Source: an uncultured delta proteobacterium (GTDB lineage Bacteria > Myxococcota > Myxococcia > Myxococcales > Myxococcaceae). From it: a stretch of 64,000 nucleotides of DNA. Each line of letters opens with the position of its first letter. Position 1 is the first letter of the stretch. Below are positions 32,426 through 43,778 of this stretch, piece by piece. The translations under genes and the position numbers were made by a program. The notes under the pieces are model-generated. The model saw nothing but the letters and a program-made list of their open reading frames with translations, was not told the DNA's origin and ran no database searches. Location: the NCBI GenBank assembly GCA_963771175.1, contig CAVYSY010000054.1, positions 1 through 64,000 on the forward strand. The letters run 5' to 3'.

Positions 32426-33942
32426 GCGGCGCGGACCTCGGCGGGAGGCGGCTCGGTGGAGACCTGGGGCTTGCGGCGGTCGCGCACCTTGCGCACCAGT
32501 GCGAGCACCTCGTCCTTGCGCACCGCGCCGGTGAGGAGGGTGAGGGACACGTAGAGGAGGCCGTCCAACACCAGGCGGGCGAGGCCGCGCGCCAGGTCGC
32601 GCGAGTCCAGCCCCAGTCGGCCCAGCATCAGGTGGACGGCGGTGACGGCGGCGCACACCCCGAGCGTCTTGCCCAGCACGGAGAGGGCCCGCGCATCCCA
32701 GGCGCGGTTGCCGATGGCGGTGACGAGGATGACGGTGACGATGATCTCGCAGGTGGCCAGCGTGAGGGCGGTGGCGCTCGCGCCGCCCGTCGGGCCCAGC
32801 CACTTCAGGCAGAGCGGGATGAGCACGAGGTTGAGCACGGGGTTGAGCACCGCGGCCAGGATGGAGGTGCGCGTCACCGTCCAGGGGCGGTTGGCGGCCA
32901 TGAGCCAGCTCCCGCACACGGTGGCCACGTAGGTGAGCACGAAGATGGGCGCGAGCAGCCGCAGCACCGGCGCGGCCGGCAGGTAGGCCTGGCCGATCAT
33001 CAGCTGCACCCACGTCTCCGCGCCCAGCGCCAGCGCGAGCGTCACGGGCACGGACAGGGAGACGATGCCCTCGAGCCCCCGGCGGAGGAGGCGGGTGAAC
33101 TCCTCGGGGGAGCTCGCCGCCGCGCGCGACATCATCGGCAGCAGCACCCAGCTCAGGATGGGAGAGAGCAGCATCGTCATGCCGGCGATGCCCCAGACGG
33201 CGCCGTAGTAGCCCACCTCGGTCTTGTTGGCGACCATGCCGAGGATGCTGACGTCCACGCGGCCGTTGGTGGCCAGCGCCGCCTCGTTGATGAAGAAGGG
33301 CAGGGCGGCCAGCAGGGCGGTGACGGTGGAGCGCACGTCCAGCCGCAGCTTCAGCCCGGCGTGCTGGCGCGTGAGGCGGAAGAGGAACGCGGCCTTGACG
33401 ACCTCGGCGCCGATGAAGGGCGCGGCCATCCACGGCAGCGGTGCGCCCAGCAGCAGCACCAGCACCAGCCCGCCGCCCCAGATGCACTTCATGAGGACGT
33501 GGGCCACCGACAGGCCGTCCACTTGCTCGCGGGCGTGCAGCACCGCGGCGAGGATGGCGTTGAGGCGGAAGAAGAACTGGTAGACGCCCAGCAGCAGCAC
33601 CAGGGCCTGCACCTCGGGCGGCTCGCCACTGGCGCGCATCACCCACAGCATGGCGCCGCTCAGCCCCAGCGCGAGCCCCACCTGCAGGAGCAGCGTGCCG
33701 CCGAAGAACTCGCTGGCGTGCTCGCGACGGAGGGCCACTTCCTTGCGGATGTAGACGTCCAGGCCCATGGCGCTGAGCACGAAGAACGCGCCGGAGAAAC
33801 CGTTGGCCCAGTTGTACTGGCCGAAGCTCGTCGGGCCGAGGATGCGCGGCACCAGCATCTGCAGGACGAGCGAGATGCCGTACGTCACCAGCAGCGACCC
33901 GCCCAGCTTGACGGCATTGCGCAGGGAGGTGTGGGCGTCCAC
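32422..33942 (-). CDS. wzx: Wzx flippase
   Basis: Many hydrophobic segments, RILGPTSFGQY and EVGYYG motifs; start uncertain because the frame stays open upstream. Confidence 0.88.
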   Translation of the reverse strand: MDAHTSLRNAVKLGGSLLVTYGISLVLQMLVPRILGPTSFGQYNWANGFSGAFFVLSAMGLDVYIRKEVALRREHASEFFGGTLLLQVGLALGLSGAMLWVMRASGEPPEVQALVLLLGVYQFFFRLNAILAAVLHAREQVDGLSVAHVLMKCIWGGGLVLVLLLGAPLPWMAAPFIGAEVVKAAFLFRLTRQHAGLKLRLDVRSTVTALLAALPFFINEAALATNGRVDVSILGMVANKTEVGYYGAVWGIAGMTMLLSPILSWVLLPMMSRAAASSPEEFTRLLRRGLEGIVSLSVPVTLALALGAETWVQLMIGQAYLPAAPVLRLLAPIFVLTYVATVCGSWLMAANRPWTVTRTSILAAVLNPVLNLVLIPLCLKWLGPTGGASATALTLATCEIIVTVILVTAIGNRAWDARALSVLGKTLGVCAAVTAVHLMLGRLGLDSRDLARGLARLVLDGLLYVSLTLLTGAVRKDEVLALVRKVRDRRKPQVSTEPPPAEVRAA

Positions 33943-34186
33943 CTGGGCGGGCTCGGCCCGCGGTTCGGCCGCCGTGCTCGTCTGGGACGTTTCGATGACT
34001 CGGTACCTCGACAGGGAAGGCTGCGCGCAGTGAACGACAGAGGTGCCCCCCCGTCAAATACAAGGCTACATGTCTGTAGAGTGGCCGAGCCGGCTTCTTG
34101 AGGCGGTGGGAGGCCCCAGGACCCGAGGGGTCCCGTTCCGGTGGGGAGCCATGGGGGCGAGGGGTCGGCCCCTGCCGCCCGAGGAG

Positions 34187-34941
34187 ATGCGCGCCATGTA
34201 CGAGTTGAGACGCTGGGGAGTGGTGCTCGGGTTGCTGCTGGCCGGCTGCGCGGCCTCGGGCCCTTCGCTGCGCGAGGAAGCGGCGCCCGACGCTTCATTC
34301 CAGGAGGCGGAGCGGGACGAGGCGGACACATGCCTCGCGCTCCTGTGTGACGAGGAGGTGTGCGGCTTCCTGCGCTGCGAGGACGTGGCGGAGGCGGTGG
34401 CCGAGCGGGTCGGCTCGGACGCGGCGCCCGGCCGCGTGGTGAAGGCGTGGGCGAACCCGAGCGCGGTGAGCATCTACCCGCCGGGCTACAACCCCCACCT
34501 GCGGCACTGGGGGAGGCCGTTGTTGCTGCCGGAGGAGCGGGGCGCCGTCTTCATCATCCCGTGGAGGAACCACCACCACCGCCACCTGCTACCGAGCCAG
34601 AAGCAGCTCCTCGCCGAGGCCAACGAGAGGCTGAACCGGCCTCACGAGAAGCACCACATCTTCCCGCAGGAGTTCCTGGAGTGGTTCAAGAGCAAGGGGA
34701 TCGACATCCATCAATGGACGATGTTCATCGAAACAGCCCTGCACAAGAGCATCCATCGCGGAGAGAAGGGGGGTCCCTGGAATGCGGCGTGGCGGCAGTT
34801 CATTGCGAGAAGGCGATAAAATGCGCGACGAAGGAGGACATCTGGAAGCACGCCTGGGAGTTGTGCGTACGCTTCGGTCTGATGGCGCCACTGCAGCCGT
34901 ACTATGGCAAGACGCGGCTGCCGCCCCCCATCGAGTTCTGA
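34187..34941 (+). CDS. sitA6: SitA6-family (TIGR02269-like) lipoprotein toxin (frameshift near 34815)
   Basis: Lipobox LLAGC; C.ALLCDEEVCGFLRCED; EKHHIFPQEF..WF...GIDIH...H..IH.G..GGPWNAAW. Confidence 0.85.
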
Positions 34942-34948
34942 GGTGCAG

Positions 34949-35672
34949 ATGAGGTTCTACAGGCTGGATTCCGTCCCGTACGAGAGCTTGCGCTACACGG
35001 GCGAGTACAACGCCGACCGCAAGTGGGGCCTGCCCGGGCTGCAATGCCCCACCTGCAATGTCCCCTATGTCGATATGTCGGAGGCCTACCCGGGCGTGGA
35101 TTTATCGGGCGTGCCGGAGGCGAAGCAGCTCGAAGAGGCCTGGCTGGAAGAGGACGTCGAGAGGTTCAAGCGCCTGCGGGAATTGGTGCGGCCCCTGGTT
35201 CCGGCGGGAGCGCCACTGGCTCCCGGCTGCCGGCTTCGGCCCGCTCGTGGGCTCGGCCCGTGGCAACTTCGCGCAGCTTGACATGCTGTACGCCGACAGG
35301 GTCATCATCCGCCGCGACGCGCTGGAGCGCTCCAGGCGGAGGGCCTGCGGGGATTGAAGGGGCACCGCACCGGGCTGCGCTTCCGGCAGAGGAACGCGCC
35401 GGAGTTGATGGAGCTCGAGCCGGAGATGCTCGGCCTGCTCCACCCGGACTGCATCCCACCGGGCAAGGCCGCCCCGTGCAAGACGTGCGGTGGCTATGTC
35501 TTACTCCCTGCCGAAGGAGCCGCTGCTCGACCGGGCCTCGCTGCCGGAGCACCTGGACGTGTTCCGGCTGCGCAACTGCACCAGCTTCATCGTCATCAGC
35601 GAGCGCTTCGCGGACACCCTGCGCCGGCTCGGCTTCGAGGAGTTCTCCCTCCGCGAGCTGCCCGTGCGCTGA
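34949..35672 (+). CDS. sitI6: SitI6-family double-CXXCG immunity protein (several frameshifts)
   Basis: [11 protein letters not shown] and PCKTCG motifs; C-terminal [18 protein letters not shown]; directly follows the toxin gene. Confidence 0.82.
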
Positions 35673-35711
35673 GCCCCGCGAAGCGGCGGGGCCCCTTGTC
35701 TCTCGCGCCGT

Positions 35712-37284
35712 CTAGCTCGCGCCGCTGCCCGTGAGCACCACCGGCACCGTCTTGAGGATCAGGTTGATGTCGTTCTTGAGGCTCCAGTGGTCGATGTACT
35801 GCATGTCCAGGTACATCCACTCCTCGAACGAAATCTGATTGCGGCCGGAGACCTGCCAGATGCAGGTGAGCCCCGGGCGCACCGACAGGCGGCGCCGCTG
35901 CCAGGCCTCGTACTTCTCCACCTCGCTCGGGCATGGGCGGCCGCGGCCCCACCACGCTCATGTCGCCGCGCAGCACGTTGATGAGCTGGGGCAGCTCGTC
36001 GATGGAGTACTTGCGGATGAAGCGCCCGATGCGGGTGATGCGCGGGTCGTTCTTCATCTTGAAGACGGGGCCCGTCTGCTCGTTGAGCGTCTCCAGCTTC
36101 GCCTTCAGCTCCTCGGCGTTGACCACCATGGAGCGGAACTTGAGCATGTGGAACGGCTTGCCGTGCAGGCCCACGCGCTTCTGCTTGAAGAAGATGGGCC
36201 CGCGGCTGGTGAACTTCACTCCCAGCGCCACCCCCACCAGCAGCGGCGACAGCATCGCCAGTGCCGCCGCCGAGCTGCAGATGTCGAACAGCCGCTTGAG
36301 CGCCATCTGGTGCGGCCGGAACGCGTGCGTCAGGAAGTGCAGGTACCCATCCGAGACCGCGTGGTCGTCGATGGGCCGCGCCCGATCGAACCGGATGTGG
36401 TACGCCGGCAGCGCGAAGGGAAGCCCGAAGTTCTCGCACAGCTTCACGGCGGCCTGCATCTCCGCCGAGTGCTTCAGCATGTTCCCGGCGATGTACACCT
36501 CGTCCACCGGCACCGTGCACAGGATGTGCTCCAGGTCCTTCACCGTCCCCATCACCGGCGCGGGCGGCGTGGACGAGGCCGCCTCGTTGCTGAAGCTCAG
36601 GTAGCCAATCACCCGCCGGCGGTGCTTGGTGTTGAGGTCCTCGCCCGTGAGCCGGCCCATCGCTCCCACACCGACGATGAGCACCTCGTCCAGCGGCTGC
36701 TCCTGCCCGGACAGTCGCCGGAAGAGGTACATGCGCAGCAGCACCACCGAGGGCCACAGCAGCGGGGGGAACAGGCTGAGCGCGACGATCCACGACTCGG
36801 TGCCCAGCACCAGTCGGGTGAGGAAGAGCACCACCGTGACGACCATCACCTGGATGGACACCAGCGCCAGGTCATCCAGCCGCTCGCGGTCCGCGAAGCG
36901 CACGTCGTAGAGGCACAGCGCCGTGCCCACGAACAGCCACGAGATGATTCCCACCCCCATCAGCACCCAGACGTCGGTGCGCTCCAGGTGTAGATCGTGC
37001 CCCATCATCGTCGTGGAGATGATCAGCGCCGCCACCACCAGCACCAGGTCCACCGTCAGGTTCAGCTTGGCGGCGAACCCCGGGGCGAAGCGTGAGGGCG
37101 GGGTCGCGGCGGCGGCCGGCGGGGTGAGCACCGTGAGCGGCTTCTCCGCGGCGGCCGGCGTACTCGTCCCCATCACCGGGGCCTCGGACGAGGCCGCCCC
37201 GTTGGGTAGGGTGTCCGAACCGGTCTGGGAGGTGGTGGAGGTGGACTCGCTGGATGTCACGTCAACTTGAGCTGCGGGTCGCAA
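35712..37284 (-). CDS. epsZ: Priming polyprenyl-phosphate hexose-1-phosphate transferase (EpsZ/WbaP-like; frameshift near 35930)
   Basis: [47 protein letters not shown] and [13 protein letters not shown] motifs; start uncertain (37260-37284). Confidence 0.9.
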
Positions 37285-37586
37285 TCTGGACGCTCCGGGA
37301 TTTCGACATCCGACGACCCCCGCATGATAGGGGACCGCGATGCCTGCCAGAAGCGGGGGATGACCAACTGTTAAGGCGCTTCATCCCCCCGTTTTCTGTG
37401 CCCCGCAGGGTAGAAGGACGGCCCGCGCACCGTCAACCTCCCCTGTATTTTTGTTCCGACGGTGTAACTGTTGCCTGACACAACTCCGCCCCACCGGGTC
37501 GGAGCGCATGTGTGTCGCCACTGTAGGGGCACGGCGCATGCATGGCGTGGACTGGACGTAATGGGTCCTCCAACGGAGTCACCGCC

Positions 37587-38336
37587 ATGGCCTCGCCCGC
37601 CCCGCCCGTGTCCGCCGCCGTCGTCCTGTCGCGCCGGGAGCTCGACGCGGCCCTGTTGGATTTGGACGGCGTGGTGACTCGGACGGCCGAGGTGCATGCC
37701 GCGGCGTGGAAGCGGCTGTTCGACCCGTACCTGACCCAGCCCTTCTCGGCGGAGGACTACCGGCGGTACGTGGACGGACGGCCGCGACTCGACGGCATCC
37801 GCTGCTTCCTGGCCAGCCGGGGCCTCTCCCTGCCCGAGGGCTCGCCGGAGGACGGCGCCGGGGCGGAGACGGTGTGGGGACTGGGGCAGCGGAAGAACGC
37901 GGCCTTCCTCGAGGCGCTGGAGCGACAGGGGGTGGCGGTCTTCCCGGCGGCGGTGGGGCTGCTCGAGCGGCTGCGGGCGGCGGGCTTCCGCACGGCGGTG
38001 GTGACCGCGAGCCGCAACGGCGCGGCGGTGCTGAAGGCGGCGGGGCTGGAGCATCTCTTCGACGCTCGGGTGGACGGTGTGGAGGCGGGGCGGCTGGGGT
38101 TGCCGGGCAAGCCGGCCCCGGACACGTTCCTGGAAGCAGCACGGCGGTTGGGCGTGCCGCCGACGCGGGCGGTGGTGCTGGAGGATGCCCAGGCCGGAGT
38201 GGAGGCGGGGCGGCGAGGGGGTTTCGGGCGCGTGCTCGGCGTGCGCCGCTCGGGGCCCGAGGGCGCGCTGGTGGCGGCCGGGGCCGACGTGGAGGTGACG
38301 GACCTCTCCACCGTGAGGGTGGAGGAAGGAGGGTGA
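37587..38336 (+). CDS. HAD hydrolase, beta-phosphoglucomutase family
   Basis: DLDGVVTRTAEVHAAAWK, GKPAPD and LEDA motifs. Confidence 0.9.
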   Translation: MASPAPPVSAAVVLSRRELDAALLDLDGVVTRTAEVHAAAWKRLFDPYLTQPFSAEDYRRYVDGRPRLDGIRCFLASRGLSLPEGSPEDGAGAETVWGLGQRKNAAFLEALERQGVAVFPAAVGLLERLRAAGFRTAVVTASRNGAAVLKAAGLEHLFDARVDGVEAGRLGLPGKPAPDTFLEAARRLGVPPTRAVVLEDAQAGVEAGRRGGFGRVLGVRRSGPEGALVAAGADVEVTDLSTVRVEEGG

Positions 38337-38337
38337 G

Positions 38338-39198
38338 GTGCGGGAAAGCGGGCCGGAAGTGCGACCGATGCGGGAGGTGCCCTCGGCGCTGGAGCGGTGG
38401 GAGGAGTTGCGGCGGCGGATGGAGGGCCATGAGGTGGCCGTCTTCCTGGACTACGACGGCACGCTGACGCCCATCGTCCCCCAACCCGAGGACGCGCGCC
38501 TGTCGGACGCGATGCGGGCCACGGTGGCGGCGCTCGCGCGGCGCTGCCCGGTGGCCCTCGTGAGTGGGAGGGATTTGCCGGTGTTGAAGGACTTCGTGCG
38601 GCTGGAGGGCCCGTACTACGTGGGCAGCCACGGCTTCGACATCGAGGGGCCGGGCGGGCGGGCGTTCCAGCAGCCGGAAGGGCTGGCGCTGCTGCCCGAG
38701 CTGGACGCGGCGGAGCGGGAGCTGGCGGCCGGCCTCGCGGGCCTTCCCGGTGCTCGGCTGGAGCGCAAGCGCTTCAGCGTGGCGGTGCATTGGCGGCATG
38801 TGGAGGAGGCGAGGGTGCCGGAGGTGGAGCGCGTCGTGGCCGGGGTGCTGGCGCGCCACCCGCGGCTGCGCCGGAGCGGGGGGAAGAAGGTGTTCGAGGT
38901 GCGGCCGGACCTCGACTGGGACAAGGGCCGGGCGGTGGAGTGGCTGTTGCGCGAGCTGGGACTGGCGCGCGAGGGCGTGCTGCCGGTGTTCGTGGGGGAC
39001 GACCTCACGGACGAGGACGCCTTCGCGGTGCTGAAGGGGCGGGGCCTCGGGCTGGTGGTGCGAGGCGACGAGGCTCGGCCCACGGCGGCGGATTACGCGT
39101 TGGAGGACGTGGAGGAGGTGCGCCAGTTGCTGGAGCGGCTCACCGCCCGCGTGGAGGGACGCAGCGATGACGCTGGAACACTGGTTGTTCAGCCATGA
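38338..39198 (+). CDS. otsB: Trehalose-6-phosphate phosphatase
   Basis: FLDYDGTLTPIV, VSGR, GSHG, WDKG and GDDLTDEDAF motifs. Confidence 0.92.
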   Translation: MRESGPEVRPMREVPSALERWEELRRRMEGHEVAVFLDYDGTLTPIVPQPEDARLSDAMRATVAALARRCPVALVSGRDLPVLKDFVRLEGPYYVGSHGFDIEGPGGRAFQQPEGLALLPELDAAERELAAGLAGLPGARLERKRFSVAVHWRHVEEARVPEVERVVAGVLARHPRLRRSGGKKVFEVRPDLDWDKGRAVEWLLRELGLAREGVLPVFVGDDLTDEDAFAVLKGRGLGLVVRGDEARPTAADYALEDVEEVRQLLERLTARVEGRSDDAGTLVVQP

Positions 39199-41638
39199 GG
39201 GCTTCGAACCGGCGAAGGAGGGCCTGCGCGAGGCGCTGTGCACGCTGGGCAACGGCTACTTCGCCACGCGCGGGGCGGCGCCAGAGGCCACGGCGGACGA
39301 GACGCACTACCCGGGCACGTACCTGGCGGGCGGCTACAACCGGCTGAAGACGGACCTGGCCGGGCGGGTGGTGGAGAACGAGGACCTGGTCAACATGCCC
39401 AACTGGCTGCCGCTCACCTTCCGGCTGGAGGGCGGCGACTGGTTCAACGTGCGAGCGGTGAAGCTGCTGGAGTACCGGCAGGAGTTGGACATGGCGCGGG
39501 GGCTGCTGCTGCGCACGGTGCGCTTCGAGGACAAGCAGGGGCGTCGCACGCGGGTGGAGCAGCGGCGCTTCGTCCACATGCGGGACAAGCACCTGGCGGG
39601 GCAGGAACTGGTGCTGGCGCCGGAGAACTGGGCGGGCGCGTGCGACCTGCGCTCGGCGCTGGACGGGCGGGTAGTGAATGGGGGCGTGCCTCGCTACCAG
39701 CAGCTCAACTGCAAGCACCTGCGCTGCCCTGGTGACGGAGGAGGTGGACGCGGAGACGCTGCTGCTGGAGGTGGAGACGGTGCAATCGCGCCTGGAGGTG
39801 GCGGAGGCGGCGCGCACGCGGCTGTACGCGAACGGCCGGCCCGTGGTGGTGGGGCGCGGGCTCGCCGTGGAGGAGGGCTTCCTCGCGCACGAGTTCACGG
39901 TGGACGCGCGCGCGGGCGAGCGCCTCTCGGTGGAGAAGGTGGTGGCGCTGTACTCGTCGAGGGACCTCGCGGTGTCGGAGCCCGCGCTGGAGGCCCGGCA
40001 CGCGGTGGAGGTGGCGCCCGCGCGCTTCGAGGAGCTGGTGGCCACGCACGCGCTGGCGTGGACGCACCTGTGGCGCCGGTGTGACCTGGACCTGGAGCTG
40101 GCCGAGCCGGACCACATCCATCGGACGCTGCGGCTGCACATCTTCCACCTGCTGCAGACGGTGTCGCCGCACACCATCGACCTCGACGTCGGCGTGCCGG
40201 CGCGCGGCTGGCACGGCGAGGCGTACCGCGGCCACGTCTTCTGGGACGAGCTGTTCGTCTTCCCGTTCCTCAACCTGCGCGTTCCCGGATCTGACGCGCG
40301 CGCTGCTGCTCTACCGCTACCGGCGGCTGCGGCGAGGCGCGCGAGGCAGCGCGGGCAGGCGGGCTTCCGCGGGGCGATGTATCCCTGGCAGAGCGGCAGC
40401 GACGGGCGCGAGGAGAGCCAGCGGCTGCACCTCAACCCGCGCTCGGGGCGCTGGCTTCCGGACGACATCGCGGCTGCAGCGGCACGTCAACGCGGCCATC
40501 GCCTACAACGTCTGGCAGTACTACCAGGCCACCGGCGACTCGGAGTTCCTGTCCTACTACGGCGCGGAGATGCTGCTCGAGATCGCCCGCTTCTGGGCGA
40601 GCATCGCCAGCTACGAACCCGGCGCTGCGGCCGCTACGAGATCCGCGGCGTGATGGGCCCGGACGAGTACCACGACGCGCTACCCGGACCGCGCCGAGCC
40701 CGGGCTCGACAACAACGCCTACACCAACGTGATGGCGGTCTGGGTGCTGTGCACGCGCCTGGAGGTGCTCGAGCTGCTGCCGCGCGAGCGGCGCCGACGA
40801 GCTGCTGCGAGCGGCTGCGCGCTGCGGCCGCGAGGAGCTGGCGCGCTGGGACGACGTCAGCCGGCAAGACTGCGGCTGCCGTTCCACGAGGACGGCGTCA
40901 TCAGCCAGTTCGAGGGCTACGAGCAGCTCCGGGAGCTCGACTGGGAGGCGCTACCGCGCAGCGCTACGGCGACATCCAGCGGCTGGATCGCATCCTCGAG
41001 GCCGAGGGCGACACGCCCAACCGCTACAAGCTGTCGAAGCAGGCCGACGTGCTGATGCTGTTCTACCTGTTCTCGGCCGAGGAGCTGCGCGGAGCTCTTC
41101 GAGCGGCTGGGCTACCCGTTCGACGCCGGAGATGATCCCGCGGACCGTCGACTACTACCTGCAGCGCACCTCCCACGGCTCGACGCTGAGCGGCGTCGTT
41201 CACTCGTGGGTGCTGGCGCGCAGCGACCGCCCGCGCTCATGGACGCTGTTTGGCGAGGCGCTGCGCAGCGACATCTCGGACGTCCAGGGCGGCACGACGC
41301 CGGAGGGCATCCACCTGGGCGCCATGGCGGGGACGGTCGACCTGATGCAGCGTGCGTTCACCGGCATCGAGGTGCGAGGGGACGTGCTGCACTTCAACCC
41401 CAACCTGCCCGAGGGGCTGGTGCGGCTGAAGTTCCAGCTGCGCTACCGCAGGCACCTGGTGGAGGTGGAGATCACCCAGGACAAGCTGGTGCTCAACAGC
41501 CGGTGGAGGAGCCCGGAGCCGCTGGAGTTCGCGCTGCGCGGCGTGCGCCTCCAGCTCCTTCCCTGCGAGACGCGGGAGTTCCCCATCTCCCGGCCCCCCA
41601 TCACGGCTGACTCGGACCTGCACGGCGCGGGTCCGTGA
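39167..41638 (+). CDS. Glycoside hydrolase family 65 (trehalose/maltose phosphorylase-like), multiply frameshifted
   Basis: LGNGYFATRG, YRGHVFWDE, GVMGPDEYH, KQADVLML and RTSHGSTLS motifs spread across frames. Confidence 0.88.
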
Positions 41639-42881
41639 GGACCCCGGACTTCCAACGGACGGGCAGGGACTCGAAGCCGCGGAAGAGCAGGCTGTGGCAC
41701 TTGAGCTGCGGGAGCTGCTCCTCGTCCAGGTGCAGGTCCGGCAGGCGCTCGAGCAGCACCGAGAAGGCGATTTCCAGCTCGCGCCGGGCCAGGCCGGCAC
41801 CCAGGCAGTGGTGGGGCCCGAAGGCGAAGCTCAGGTGCTTCTGGTGGTGGTCTCGGCTGATGTCGAAGCGCTCCGGCTGCGGGAAGACCTCCGGGTCGCG
41901 GTTGGCGGCCGCCATGCCCAGGAAGACCATGTCGCCCTGGCGGAGGGTGCGTCCCCGCAGCTCGAAGGTCTCCACCGCCACCCGGTGAATCCACGGGATG
42001 GGCGGGTCGTAGCGCAGCATCTCCTCCACGGCCGAGCGCACCAGCCCCGGGTCCTCCTGGAGCTTGCGCAGCTCTGAGGGGTGCGTCAGCAGCGCGTGGA
42101 GGCCATTGCTGAGCTGGTCCGTGGTGGTGAGGTGCCCGGCCGAGAGGATGAGCAGGGCGTTGGCGACAATCTCCTCCACGCTCGCGCCGCCCGCCTCCTG
42201 GCGCTGGACCATCTGGCTGAGCATGTCGTCGCCGGGCGCGCGCATCCGCTCCTCGACGAGCGCCGTCATGAAGTCGCGGGACTCCACCATGGCCTGGTTG
42301 GCGCGGCGGGCCAGCGCCACCATGTCCACCCCCATCGCGGGGCTGAAGAACTCGGCGATGGGATGGGTCCACGCCACGAAGCGCGTGCGCTCCTCGGCCG
42401 GAATGCCGAAGAGCTCGGCGATGACGAGCGGGGGGAGCTGGTAGGCGATGTCCGTCGCGAAGTCCATGCGGCCCTGGGAGAGGGCCCCGTCCACCAGCCG
42501 GTTCATCGTGCGGCGGATGGCCGGCAGCCACGCGTCGAGCGCCTGGGGCGTGAAGCCCGGGCTGCTGGCGCGGCGCAGGCGCAGGTGCTCCTTGCCATCC
42601 TTCATCACCATCTCGTTGCGGATGACGTCGAGGATGTCGCGGGCCGCGTCACCGACCTGGCTCCGCATCTGGAACTCGGCCAGCCGTGCCCGGTCGGCGC
42701 TCAGGCGCGAGTCGCGGAAGGCGTTCATCACGTCGTCATGACGGGTGAGGAACCAGGCATTCACCCCGCTCGACCAGTGCACCGGATCGCTCTTTCTCAG
42801 CTCCTCGTAAAGCGGGACCGGGTTGAGCATGTTCTCGGGCGCAACGGGGTTGAGGGGGTGCTTCCGGGCTGCGCTCGACAT
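41601..42881 (-). CDS. Cytochrome P450
   Basis: I-helix AGHLTT, EEMLR, AANRDP and heme motif FAFGPHHCLG. Confidence 0.95.
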   Translation of the reverse strand: MSSAARKHPLNPVAPENMLNPVPLYEELRKSDPVHWSSGVNAWFLTRHDDVMNAFRDSRLSADRARLAEFQMRSQVGDAARDILDVIRNEMVMKDGKEHLRLRRASSPGFTPQALDAWLPAIRRTMNRLVDGALSQGRMDFATDIAYQLPPLVIAELFGIPAEERTRFVAWTHPIAEFFSPAMGVDMVALARRANQAMVESRDFMTALVEERMRAPGDDMLSQMVQRQEAGGASVEEIVANALLILSAGHLTTTDQLSNGLHALLTHPSELRKLQEDPGLVRSAVEEMLRYDPPIPWIHRVAVETFELRGRTLRQGDMVFLGMAAANRDPEVFPQPERFDISRDHHQKHLSFAFGPHHCLGAGLARRELEIAFSVLLERLPDLHLDEEQLPQLKCHSLLFRGFESLPVRWKSGVLTDPRRAGPSQP

Positions 42882-43188
42882 GGTTCTCTCTCCTCGGACG
42901 ACGCATCCTGATGTGCGGGTCTGACGCGATAATCAGCTCTGACCCTCTTGTCTGGAACTGGATTGCAGTTGCCGAGCCAAGCCATGCAAACCCACGGCTC
43001 ACGCAGCGGAGCTGGAAAGCTGTGGGCCGAGGCTCACTCCTTGGGTAGGCACAAGTGAGCCCCACGGTGAGAATCACCCTTTTTCGTCACCCGGCCGTCC
43101 CCGGGGATGGGGTGGGGTGCTACCCGGCGGGTCAGGTCTCACCCGTGCTGGCGAGCGGGGCCGCCGCGGCCATGGTAGAGGCCGGCGC

Positions 43189-43713
43189 ATGAGCACGGAG
43201 TCATTGGAACGGGTGGTCATCCGCGAGGCGAGGCCCGAGGACGACGCGGCCATCGGCGAGCTGCTGGTGGAGGCCTACCTCACCCAGTACGCGAAGAAGC
43301 TGCCGGAGGTGGTGTACACGGAGGAGCGCAAGCGGAGCCTGCGGGACACGGCGAGCAAGCGCGAGGTGGCGAAGGTGCTGGTGGCGGAGCTGGAGGGCCG
43401 GGTGGTGGGCTCGGTGGCGGTGTGGCCGCCGGGAGCGCCGGGCACGGAGGCGTGGCTGCCGAACGCGGCGGACCTGCGCCACCTGGCCACGGCGGTGGAG
43501 TTCCAGGGCAAGGGCCTGTCCAAGCCCCTGCTGGACGAGGCCGAGCGCATGGCGCGCGCCTGGGGCGTGTCGGCCGTCTGCCTGCACGTGCGCCGGGGCG
43601 CGGAGGGGGTGATGCGCATGTACCAGCGCCGCGGTTACGTGCGCGAGCCGGCGGGCGACCTGGAATTGCCCAGCGTCTCCCTCGTGGCCTTCGTGCTGCG
43701 CTTCCAGGGCTGA
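43189..43713 (+). CDS. GNAT family N-acetyltransferase
   Basis: IREARPED; LA...FQGKGL acetyl-CoA binding motif; MYQRRGY. Confidence 0.9.
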   Translation: MSTESLERVVIREARPEDDAAIGELLVEAYLTQYAKKLPEVVYTEERKRSLRDTASKREVAKVLVAELEGRVVGSVAVWPPGAPGTEAWLPNAADLRHLATAVEFQGKGLSKPLLDEAERMARAWGVSAVCLHVRRGAEGVMRMYQRRGYVREPAGDLELPSVSLVAFVLRFQG

Positions 43714-43778
43714 GCCCCCGCACGGGGCGCCTCCCCTCGCGTCCGTTCCTAGATTCATGGGCAACGGGGGACATCTCC

